A program made the translations under genes and the position numbers. Below the pieces are notes generated by a model. That model worked only from the letters and a program-made list of their open reading frames with translations. It was not told the origin of the DNA and did not search any database. This document shows positions 12,896 through 24,109 of a stretch of DNA of 64,000 bases, piece after piece. Source of the stretch: Octopus vulgaris (taxonomy: Eukaryota). How positions within the stretch are numbered: the stretch's first letter is position 1; each line of letters starts with the position of its first letter. The stretch spans positions 19,902,001 to 19,966,000 of the forward strand of contig OX597831.1 of NCBI GenBank assembly GCA_951406725.2. Reading direction: 5' to 3'.

Positions 12896-15800
12896 GATTG
12901 ATTGATTGATTGATTGATTCTAGTTTCAGCTCATGAGCTGTGGCCATGCTTGGGCACCGCCATTTGGTGTTGCTACTTGGTTTTACTTCACGAAAGCTTT
13001 TTAGCAACTGCCATTTGGTGCATGAGAGAGTTCGATGCAGCTGCCCTCATCTGCACCTCCTGTCGTGAAGTTGGTTCATCTGGGACACCTGACAGGAAGA
13101 GATCCAGTTCCATTTTAAAGACATCTGCATCAACACCATGCAGGTCTCTCAGGTTCTTCGGGAGGATATTGAAGAGCTGTGGGCCACGGAAGCCCAAGCT
13201 ATCACAGTATCTTGTCCTACATCTTGATGGCAAATTTGGAGTCCTAGGCACCACGCAGTGGCGCCCAGTTCTGGCATTTGTGTAACTCTCGATGCCAAAG
13301 TTTGGGACACGTCCCTCCAGGATCTTTCAGATGTACATTATGGCATATCTTTCCCGCCTACGCTCCAAGGAATATAGTTTTAATCTCTTGAGTCTTTCCC
13401 AGTAGCTTACATTCTGCACAGAGGCTATCTTTTTCGTGTAGCTACGCTGGATCGCCTCGAGCTCTGTGATCAACTTGACACTGGATGCTGACCATAACTG
13501 AGAGCAATAGTCAAAGTGGCTTAGGACAAGTGTCCTCCAGAGGACCATCATGGTTTCTTGTTCTCTTGTTCTAAAGGTTCTGAGAATCCATCCGGCCAGT
13601 CGTCTACATTTCATTGCCAATTTAGCAACATGTACACGAAAGGTTGCGTCATCACTCATGTAAATACCCAGGTCACGCACTGATTGTGCCCGTGGGATTG
13701 CTATTCCTCCGGGTCCAGTGTATTCATTGGGTATTGCATTTAGTTTTGCATGCTGATAGTATAAAGCTTGAAACTGTTCAGCATTGAACTACATGCTATT
13801 CTTTTCAGCCCACTTGTATATTTTGTCCAGCTCACATTGCAGGCGTATAGTGTCCTCAGGGTTCTGTATTGCCTGTGAAACTTTTGTATCATCTGCATAA
13901 CTTGTGATCGTGGCTCTCTGCGTGGCTGAGGGCATGTCTGAGAGGGCCATTATGAACAGTAGTGGACCCAGAACATTGCCCTGCGGAACACTGCTCACTA
14001 TTTGCGTGTTAATGGAAGTGGCCCCATTGGCTACTACCACCTGACTTCTATCTTTCAGAATGTCATGAAGCCATTCTCCCAGTTTTCCAACTATGTTGAG
14101 ATCACGCAGTTTGTGACATATCATTCCATGATCGACTTTATCAAAGGCCTTTGCAAAGTCGAGATATATCACTTCCACATTTGAGTGGTTGAGCAGCCGT
14201 TTCAGCACCCAGTCATAGTGTTGTAGGAGCTGAGTTAAACAGCTTCTCCCTGGTCGGAAACCATGTTGGGTGTCGGGCAGCAAGTCATTTTCTTCAAGGA
14301 AGGTGATCAGTTTCCTTCTGACTATTCGTTCCATGACCTTGCTGATGTGTGAGATCAGAGAGATAGGTCTGTAGTTCTTGGCCTCCGCTCTGCTGCCTCC
14401 TTTATGAATGGGGCATATTTTACCTTCAGTTTTCTTGAAAGTTTGCCAGCTGCAAGGAAGCTCTGAAAGAGGGACTGCAGTGGTCTTGCTAGGACTCTCT
14501 TACATGCTTTTAGGAGGATTGCCGGGAATCCATCGGGACCAGTAGCTGAGTCTGTTTTCATTTCATCTATAGCCTTTATTACATCGTCTTCCTTTATATC
14601 GATGTAATTTATCGTCGCCGCCTCTGAGTTTATATCTGCAGTGGTAAAGAAGTCAGTTGGATTGGAGATGCCCAAGGGGTGGAGTGAAAACACTCCTGAA
14701 TTGCTCATTCAGTATTTCACTTACCCTCATTGGTATTCCTGTAAGTGTGCCATCCTTTTCAAGGAGTGGCCCTATTCTACAGTGCACCGTAGCTGTTTCT
14801 TTGGCATACCTGTAGAAAACTCTGGGGTTAGATTTTATGTTGTCTATAGCCCAGGCTTCTTTGTCTGCTCTTTCCTTTTCATGGGAGAGTTGCAGACATT
14901 TTTCAATTTCCAACAGTTTTATTTTTAATCGGGACTTTTCACTGCTTTCAATCTGTTTGTTTAGGCGATTTGAAATTTTTGTACGCCGTCTCATTAAAAT
15001 TTTCCTCTCTCTGGGGATTTTGTTCTTGTGTACAGTGGCCTTTCTCTCTGGGACACATTTGTAACATATGGCTTGCATTACAGACATGAATTGTTGAAGT
15101 TTCACGTCGATGTCTGGCGAGGAGAGACATTTAGGCCAGTTTTGTTTGAGGATCTCTTTCTCAATTTGTTTCCAGTTTGCCTTATGGTAGTTCAAGCTGG
15201 AAAGATTCTGAAGGTTTCTTGTAGGCTGCATGTCCGTGCTCTCTTTTGGCCCGTACATGGTCAGCTCTACCATGTTGTGATCCGAGAGTAGTGTCGGTGT
15301 CACTTTCACATTATGGATGAGATCCATGTCATTTGTGAAGCAGAGATCCAGTGTGTTACCTGCCCTGGTTGGTTGGAGTAGTACTTGCTCCATGTACAGG
15401 GTATTGATGAGGTTCAGGAGGGACCTCGCCTGTCCTCGTTCACATCTTGTCATTCCTGGGAGAGAAAGACCCTCGGGCCATTTGACATTGGGTAGATTGA
15501 AGTCTCCCATAAGAAGTACACTTATGTGCTGTTCTAATGTGATTAGAACTTCTTCTATTTTTATAAGGCAGTCTTCAAACTTGCCCACATGGCTTGGGGC
15601 ATCTGGAGGGCGATATGTAGCACACACAGCTACATCCAGTTGCCTTATATGTACAATTAGTGTGTCACACACCGAGTTTGAGTATGACAAGAGGACCTGG
15701 GGTATGAGGTCCTCACGGATGTACATAGCAACTCCTTCATGACTCCTTTCTTTTCTGTCGGTCCGTAGTACAACATACTGTGGTATGTGTAACTCCGCAT

Positions 15801-16620
15801 CTGCTATATCCGGTTTCAGGTGCGTTTCCGTAAGTGCTATGCATAAGGCTTGATTGCATGCAACAAAGTCTCTCAAGAACGGGATTTTTGTCCTGTTACT
15901 GAGTGGTTTCAGTCCTCTGATGTTCAGTAGGAGCATCGAGGTGAGGTGTATGTTGTTGCCGGCGGTGTCCATCCTGGGTCTGTTTGCTGTGGTGGTCTTG
16001 TATATAGTGGGTAGTCCTACCTGCGAGCTTGGGTTTGATGAAGCCAGGTCAGCTGCTGTACAATCTTTTGTGCCATGCACAAAAAAGATTGCTGCTCAGC
16101 AGCTGCCCTTTCAACAACATCATGTTGGTGGTTTGTGGCACGCACCACATCTTGGGGCAGGTGGTGCGTGGTCCATCCCTTTTCCTTGTGTTGATGGTTT
16201 GTCTATCCGCCTCGTGTCTCTGCGGCAGGGTCCCCGATGTGCAAAGCGGCAGCCTGCACCTTCCTTTCCATGCCAGCAGGTACCTCTCAGGCAGAACCTA
16301 CACACCCGTGTGCGCTGTTTGTTTCCATCCTTTGCGGTTCCACTTCTATTCCTGGTTGTTTCACCCTTTGGTCCTGCTTGAGCTTTTCCTTTAGCTCTTT
16401 CAGTCCTTCTTTTAGTTCTTCCTCCCTCTACTTCTTCCCTGGTTTCTCCATCTCCATGGCCCTTGCTGCCGGTAGGAGCACTTGCACTTGGGTTCACTTC
16501 CCGGGCAGGTTTCTCACTCAAAACCTCTTCCCGGGTGTCCACCAGGTGGGGGTGACTTCTTTCATCGTCTCCATTCTTGCCATCTTTGCCCTGCTCGTTC
16601 TCAAAGATGGCATCAAGTGT
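12896..16620 (-). mobile_element. CR1/L2-group LINE family A, near full-length, disrupted
   Basis: ORF1 fragment with CCCH finger (CRFCLRGTCWHGKEGAGCRFAH); APE (NIRGL, LTETHL, MGDFN, SDH); RT (YLDFAKAFDKV, VPQG, YADD); (AATC)n tail. Confidence 0.93.
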
Positions 16621-16644
16621 ATGTATATGTATATATATATATAT

Positions 16645-17445
16645 ATGGATCTCTGCTTCACGAACAATATGGACATCATTCATGATGTGAAAGTGACACC
16701 GACATTAGTTTCGGATCACAACATAATAGAGCTGTCTATGTTTGGGCCAAAAGTAACCAGAGACATACAGCCTAAAGGAAGCAGCCTAAATATCTCCAAT
16801 CTGAACTTCCACAAAGCAGATTGGAAATCGATCCAAAAAGAGATCCTCAGAGAGGACTGGCCGGAATGTCTCTCCACACCAGACATTGACATGAAACCCA
16901 AAGGCCTTCTTTCATTACGCAAAAGAAACAGTTTCAGTGCACTACAAGATAGGACCCCTCCTCCAAAAGGATGGCTCCCTCACAGACAGTCCAACTAAGA
17001 TCAGTGAGATGCTGAATGACCAGTTCAAAAGTGTCTTTACCACCCCGTTGGAACACAGAAAAGTGAACGAACCAGTGGACTTCTTTGCCGCCTCACCTAT
17101 AACCAGCAAGGCGGTTACAATATAATGTATTGACATTAGCGAAGAAGATGTCCTACTAGCCATAGATGAAGTGGACACAAACTCAGCTGCTGGTCCAGAC
17201 GGTTTCCCAGCAATCCTCCTCAAAGCGTGTAAGCATGCCCTGGCAAAACCCCTCAAGATTCTCTTCCAGAGCTTTCTTGCGAATGGCAAACTGCCAAGCA
17301 AACTGAAGGGGGGAATAATATGCCCAATACATAAAGTGGGAAGTAGAGCAGATGCCAAAAACTATAGGCCTATCTCTCTGACTTTACACATCAGCAATGT
17401 CATGGAACGGATAGTCAGAAAGAAACTAATCGCATTCCTCGAGGA
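16645..17445 (+). mobile_element. CR1/L2-group LINE family B, internal fragment with deletion
   Basis: DLCFTNN..SDH, AGPDG, NYRPISLT; collinear with 33615-34525 apart from a ~272-bp deletion. Confidence 0.88.
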
Positions 17446-17859
17446 AGTTTTCTTTCAAAACAGAAAAGAGATCAAGTCTTTTTGCTTCTTACATTTGGTT
17501 GGAGATAAATTAAAGGCTTGCCACCACGTGCTTATTCGGCGAAGAATCTAGCTTGTGTAACTAAATTTAATGTATTATATTTGGCTTCAAGCGAAATATA
17601 TTACGTTCTTAATTAATATAATTTTAATTAATGCATTTTAGCAGATCGTTATGAGTTAACAGGTTCTACGTTTTGTTAGTTTTAGTAGATTATTTCGTCG
17701 TTTTACGCAAATCTTTTTGTTTTTTCACAGAGCAAAAGCAAACACGTCTTTCTTCTACGAAAACCGGAAGTCATATATGTATATATATATATATGTATAT
17801 ATATGTGTATAGATATATGTATATATATATATATGTATATATATGTGTATATATATATG

Positions 17860-17890
<31 letters not shown>

Positions 17891-17891
<1 letters not shown>

Positions 17892-18219
17892 ACGTAAAGT
17901 GTACTAGCCATCTGAATGTGGCTAGCCACTGGGGGTGGGTGTTACTGACGCTTTTAGCCCCAGGAGATCGACGTCTCCAGCTAGCCTTAGACACAATTTC
18001 TGTGCCCTTATGATATTTGCAAAGAGAGGTCATCCTCCCTCGAAAACCTAAGTGATACATACGGACTATAGTTTCAAGGTTTTTGCCTCTCGTCAACGTA
18101 TGGTAAACACCGGTTTTCGATGAAGGAGACTTTTGCAAGTCACTATTTAATGTTTTTCCCAGCAACCAGATTCACTGATTTAGAAAAACTGTCTGAAAGC
18201 ATTAATAAATCTCCGAACG
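17891..18219 (-). repeat. inverted copy of ~352-nt hammerhead-containing non-coding repeat
   Basis: reverse complement matches 18220-18460 plus 23798-24011 in circularly permuted order; contains the uninterrupted Tx1 target. Confidence 0.9.
18058..18102 (-). ncRNA. minimal type I hammerhead ribozyme (C3U variant)
   Basis: CATACG-TTGACGA-GAGG caaaaa CCTT-GAAA-CTATAG-TC-CGTATG on the minus strand. Confidence 0.75.
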
Positions 18220-18700
18220 TGTCTAAGGCCAGCTGGAGACGTCGATCTCCTGGGGCTAAAGCGTCAGTAACACCCACCCCCAGTGGCTAGCCACATTCAG
18301 ATGGCTAGTACACTTTACGTTGTCGAGCGGTTACTGTTTACATCTCGTTCGGAGATTTATTAATGCTTTCAGACAGTTTTTCTAAATCAGTGACTGTGGT
18401 TGCTGGGAAAAACATTAAATAGTGATTTGCAAAGGCCTCCTCCATCGAAAACCGGTGTTTTGACTCGTCTAGGGACCCCTCTTTCATCTGCGTATTGAGA
18501 AGTTAGCTGCCTATTTTGTTGAGTGAGTTCATTTTTTGTTCGTCGTTGTTTGTGTTTGCTCGTGAATTGAACAGTTGTCCGTTGTGTGACAGTAATGTTC
18601 GCCCTACGGGGCTGAAAATTCTGTGTAAAAACATTGTTATTACCTTCGGGGTAATTTTTTTTTTTTTTTTTTTGAAAAATTGGTTCTCATAATTTGAGAA

Positions 18701-20040
18701 ATGGAATTCGACTTGGCGTCGAGGAGCGACTTTCCCGTGATGGGAAAAGGCGAACAGAAGGATATCGAGGTTAAAAAACAGTCATTTTCGGCCGCAGTGG
18801 GCGGAAACATAACGGAAGTAGAATTTAAAATTGAACAGTTATTCGAATACTGGAACTTGGTAAAAAAAGAAGGCAATGAAATTAAACTGGTACCGCCGCA
18901 AGCGAAATTACAGGAAATAAAGGCTAAGATAGTCGTATACAAGGTTTACAGTAACAAAGAGAAAAAAATAATGGACGTGAAGAACGAAATAGTAGAGAAG
19001 TGCTTGTGCCCGGTGTGGAGCAAAATTCGCCACGTCGGTCGAGGTGCCCGCAGCGCTACCGTTGAAGCACATTTCGACTCGGCTGATGTGGCAAGAGAGA
19101 TTTCATCGATGACCTTAAAAAGTGAGGACATCATGTTACTACCTACATATATGGGAAAAAGAACTGCGAAACTATATGTGGAAGACATTCCAAGAGGATA
19201 TGATATAATGTGGGTAGCAGCGGCGGTTCTGCACGACGTAGAGCAGCAGAAAGTCTCAATTCTGCAGATGAAAAGGAAAGAGGAGGTACACTGGAAGGGA
19301 CAAGCGCTCGAACTCCTCGTTCAAGCAGAAAATAATGTGCTAGAAAACTTACCCGATAGGGTATTTATTGAGGAGGGAATTACAATGAGAGTGTCAGTGG
19401 AGGGGCGCAGACCTAAGTGTTTCAAATGTGGTGAAAAGGGTCACGTCCGCTCGAACTGCATAAAAAAAAGAAACACAGCGAAGCCCCTCCTCAAAGTGCT
19501 TCAAACACAGAAAAAGAAAAGGCGGAAAAAGACCCCAAGACTGCGACAAGGAAGGGAATCGAAACGGAAGATAAAAATGAACAAATGGAATTTACACAGG
19601 TGACACACAAAAGAAAAAAAGAAAATACCCTGGACTCCCCTCCCCAAACAAAGAAAAAATCAGCAAACACCGCAGAGATACATACAAAGCAAATTCCCCT
19701 GCCCCACCCCCACGGCACTGTATTCATTGGAACACAGTTCGCCAAGCCCCTCCCCATAAAACAAGATTGGAAAAAATTGATTAAAAAAAACGAAAAGGTT
19801 GTCGCATTCGACGAGAGAAACGATAGAGTGTTCAAGTATTTTAAATTTTCAAAACTGAAATTATTCAGTAAGTCTGCAGACACTAAGTCGACCACTCGTT
19901 TTGCAAATCTAAAGGAAGACGAGTGGAAGGAAAAAACACTTCAAGAACATTTAAAAAATAACCTTATCAGAGACGTTACTAACGAAATACTGGAGGGTAA
20001 ACTTACTATAACCCCGGCAACCACACCTACCCAGAGCCCG
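18701..20040 (+). pseudogene. Tx1 ORF1 (gag-like, CCHC knuckle), frameshifted
   Basis: EGRRPKCFKCGEKGHVRSNC; frame change near 19470-19600. Confidence 0.88.
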
Positions 20041-20210
20041 GTTAAGAGCCCTGCAGCTACGACCACAAGGGAAGAAGAAGGGGAAGCATACAGATTTAAA
20101 CTGTCATGCTCCCTGTCCCAACCGTTAAGAGCCCTGCAGCTACGACCACAAGGGAGGAAGAAGGGGAAGCATGCAGATTTAAACTGTCATGCTCCCTGTC
20201 CCAACCGACA

Positions 20211-23200
20211 ATGGCAAAGCTGGGTTGTGTGAATGTACGTGGAATGGGGTCGAAATGGAAACAAATTTGTCTCCTGAACAACCTCACGACACACGGAGTG
20301 GACGTAGCTATTGCAACCGAGTCCAAGATGAACGGGGCCCAAGCGTTCTCGCCTCTTCTAAATGGTTTCGAGACATTTATTTCTCCTAGCCGAGGAAGAG
20401 GAAGGGGCGTGGCAGTCCTTATCAAGAAGAGCTTGGACTTGCAGGTAAGTACTGTCTTTCTGGACCCAGAAGGCAGGCTGGTCGTTCTGGATGTGACCCA
20501 CGTAAGTAAACAGTCCTTCAGGTTGGTAGCTGTCTACGCTCCGAATGAGAGTAGGCAGTCGGCTTTTTTTCGGAATCTGGAGCACTTTTTAGTGACGTCG
20601 AAAACGGTAGTCTTAGTAGGGGACTTTAACACTGTCCTCGAAGCGCGGGTCGACAGTGTTGGCTCAACCAATAGGAAGGGGAACCCTAGCCTCAAGGGTC
20701 TACTAGAGAGCTTTAATCTAGTAGACCGTTATCGACTGGATGAGCCGAGCCTTCCACAGTGGACGTGGAGTAACAACGACGGCTCACGCAGATCGTATAT
20801 AAATAGGATATTCGTTAGGAAAAGAGATAAGGATACGTTTAGTTGTCCACAGTTTCACATTGTGCCTTACGCGGATCACAAATTTGTGACTTGTAGGGTG
20901 CAATTAGATAAGTGTCATAGACAGGGACCCGGGTACTGGAAGCTGAACAAGTCTATTTTGAATTGTGAAGACTTCCGTACCCGGATTAAGGTGTTAGTAG
21001 AGAGGGCATTATGTGGCACCATCATTAACAATAGATGGTGGCACTCCCTCAAAAGAGCCATTCGTTCAGAGTCCATTAGATTTAGCAATCAGCTATGGTT
21101 AGATAGTTCTAGGATAGAGGACGATTTAGTTAATCTGGCTCTGCATCCGGAGTGATGGCGGCAAGGACGGTATTGTACCATCACCTTAACTCCAAACACG
21201 AAGGTTGCAGAGTTAGAGCTAAGCTACGCGCAGGGAAACGAGAAGGTGTTAACGTTGCCGGATGGGCCCGTCGAGTGGAGAGTCGGAGAGGCAACAAAGC
21301 TTCAATCAAGTCTTTAACTGACGAACAGGGACACAAGATCTATGGACAGGAGGAGATGCAAAAGTTTCTTCACCAGCATTTCGCCCGCGCGTTCGGGGGT
21401 GGTGGTCCGCTGGAGCGTGGGAGGGCCTTAAAAGACTTCCTAGCCGGCGGACCGCGGCTCTCGGGGCGTGAGGTGGAGTGCTGTGAAGAAGCGATCAGTC
21501 TCGCGGAGATAGAGGGGGTACTGGCCGGATGCGCCGGGGAGAAGTCGCCGAGGCTAGATGGTCTGCCCTACGAGTTTTATCAAAGTATGCTGGACTTGTT
21601 CGGGGAAATACTGGCAGGCGTCTACGCGAACTTGCAGCAGAACGGGAGAATTCCCAGTTCTGTGAGCCGGGGAGTGGTGACGCTAATCCAGAAAGACCCG
21701 AGCAAGGGGGATAACATTAGTAATTACAGGCCCATAACTCTACTTAATGTAGAGTTAAAGATTTTGGCCAAGGTGTTGGCAAAAAGGTTGACGACTGTCG
21801 TGGAGAAACTTGTAGGGAAAGCACAGACATGTGCAATTCCAGGCAGGTCGATCCAGGACAATCTTCACCTTATACGCTACACCTTAGATAGGGTGGGTAA
21901 ATTAACCGGCAAGGGCGGGGTAATGGTCCATTTAGACCAAAGTAAAGCGTTCGATAGGGTAGACCATAAGTACCTGGCGACGGTCCTCGAAGCGGCTGGA
22001 CTGGGCCCTGAATTTCGCGGGTGGATCTCCGCATTGTATAGCGGCATCAAGTCCACCGTCCAGATAAACGGTTACCTAACGGAACCGTTTTCGATCGAAT
22101 GTTCAGTTCGTCAAGGGTGCCCCTTGTCACCACTTTTGTACGTGTTGGCTCTCGAGCCATTGCTGCGAAAGTTGGAGAGGCTGGGAAGTAACCCGGATGA
22201 GATCGGAGGCAGGAGGACGGTTTCTGCTTATGCGGATGACGTCACCCTCATCGTGTCCAATGAGGCGGTGGCAAGAGCAAAGGTTAACAAGGACAAGTCG
22301 ATTGGCTTACACCTCGGCACCTGGAGGAGCAAGTCGATATCGTCCAGTGCCTTGGGACACTTGACAGATGGTCCTGTTAAGTTGCTAAGAGTTTGGTTTG
22401 GGCCAGACTCCCAAACGGAGAGGAATTGGAGTGAGGTGACGGGCAAGGTGGAGGCCATAGTACGGACCTGGTCCGGAAGGTTTCTGTCCTTGAAAGGAAG
22501 GGCGGAGGTGGTACAGATGTTTATTGCATCTGTAATCACTTACCGCCTGACCGTTGTCCCTTGCCCCGATTCATGGCTGAGCAAGTTGGAGCGAATCCTT
22601 TTCTGCTTTTTGTGGAAGGGAGGAAAGCCACTTGTGAGGCGCTCCGTTTGCTGCTAGGAACCGTTAAAGGGTGGGTTAGGAATGCCTTGGTTGATGATGC
22701 GCAGGCATGCGTTGAGGCTGAAGTATCTCTGGAACCACCTGGAGGGTGATAAGGTGTGGAGTCCGCTGGCAAGGGAATTTTTCCCGAGACCGGCTTCCTT
22801 AGTGAATTTTAAACCCGGTTACATCAAAAGACGGAATCTGACTTTATGGCAAAAGGAGTGTCGGCAGGCACTCACGCTGATCCACAAGGCGGGCAAGGCC
22901 GGCTGCGGAAATACCACCTCGGTATTTTATTGCAGGCTGGTAGAGGCAAAGAACGACGACGTCCTAGGAGGGGCTCTGGGGTTCGACGAGGACCAGCTTA
23001 CCAACCTGTTTAAAAAGACTTTCAGGACAGGGTATTTGGATAATTTCCAAAGATCCCTGGCCTGGCAGTGTTATAGGAATGCTTTACCTGTTCGTGAGAA
23101 GTTATCGTGGCACTGAATTTCACCGACATGTCCAAGATGTGGGTTGGACGATGAAACCGTCCAGCACACTTTTGTACACTGTCGGCAGTTGTCAGACTTG

Positions 23201-23530
23201 ATAAGTTACGCAGAACACGTGTTATCGCATCTGGGACGAGTACAGCTGTCGGCTGAGTCTATGATTAAGATGATACCGCCAACTGGACTCTCGAAGGAAG
23301 GTGAGGCATGTTTTCACTGCACGGTTGCAGTTGTAAAAGAATGCATGTGGCGTACAAGAATGGAAGGAGTCGCAATAGGATCCTTTGTCTCAGGCCCCGG
23401 CTTGCTCACTTACTTCAGATAACATCTGAAGAGCAAAATGGGGCTGGAAAAGAAGACCTTACCACGAGGTGTGTATGAAAAAAGATGGAAGGAAGTGGCG
23501 AAAAAGGTGGGTGTCAGAAACCCAGTTTAA
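20211..23530 (+). pseudogene. Tx1 ORF2 (AP endonuclease, RT, C-terminal Zn motif), disrupted
   Basis: NVRG, VGDFN, DH, GYWKLN, NYRPITLLN, DQSKAFDRV, RQGCPLSP, AYADD, CPRC..ETVQHTFVHC; several stops and frameshifts. Confidence 0.92.
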
Positions 23531-23799
23531 CTATGGTTGGAGAAGAGGAAAGGAAAGCTGCGGGGCCTTATAGGTTGCCGGGGTTTCAAATATATCGATA
23601 AGATTTCAATCTAATGTAATGTTATATTAGTCAATGCAAAGGACAATCTACATACAGTTTTTTGTATAATGAATAATCCATATATTTTGGAAATTTTTAA
23701 ACGAACCACTTAACTGTTTTTGTATGTATGTCCTGTATTGTTCTTCTATGTACTGATTTTATTATCATAATAAAGAATTAATCGAAAACCGGTGTTTAC

Positions 23800-23844
23800 C
23801 ATACGTTGACGAGAGGCAAGAACCTTGAAACTATAGTCCGTATG
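23800..23844 (+). ncRNA. minimal type I hammerhead ribozyme (C3U variant)
   Basis: stem I CATACG/CGTATG, core TTGACGA, stem II GAGG/CCTT, GAAA, palindromic CTATAG, GUC triplet (predicted cut after 23838). Confidence 0.75.
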
Positions 23845-24055
23845 TATCACTTAGGTTTTCGAGGGAGGATGACCTCTCTTTGCAAATATCATAAGGGCAC
23901 AGAAATTGTGTCTAAGGCCAGCTGGAGACGTCGATCTCCTGGGGCTAAAAGCGTCAGTAACACCCACCCCCAGTGGCTAGCCACATTCAGATGGCTAGTA
24001 CACTTTACGTTGTCGAGCGGTTACTGTTTACATCTCGTTCGGAGATTTATTAATG

Positions 24056-24097
<42 letters not shown>

Positions 24098-24109
24098 TTT
24101 TTAATTTTT

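Larger units (their letters stand above)
18461..23780 (+). mobile_element. full-length Tx1-type (L1 clade) non-LTR retrotransposon
   Basis: 17-bp TSD ATCGAAAACCGGTGTTT (18444-18460 / 23781-23797); ORF1 with CCHC; ORF2 APE-RT-Zn; AATAAA near the 3' end. Confidence 0.95.
18220..24058 (+). mobile_element. retrozyme/PLE-pLTR-like partial tandem repeat (1.4 x 352 nt), split by a Tx1 insertion
   Basis: 18220-18460 + 23798-23908 form one monomer; 23909-24058 repeats its first ~150 nt; the whole structure is flanked by (TA)n. Confidence 0.8.

Noticed and set aside
15317-16998. Plus-strand ORFs over LINE family A
   Set aside because: Antisense shadows of the minus-strand LINE ORFs
17755-18165. 136-aa ORF whose peptide recurs in ORF 23806-24480
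   Set aside because: Chance open frame across the hammerhead repeat running into (TA)n; non-ATG start, no domain; identity simply reflects the DNA repeat
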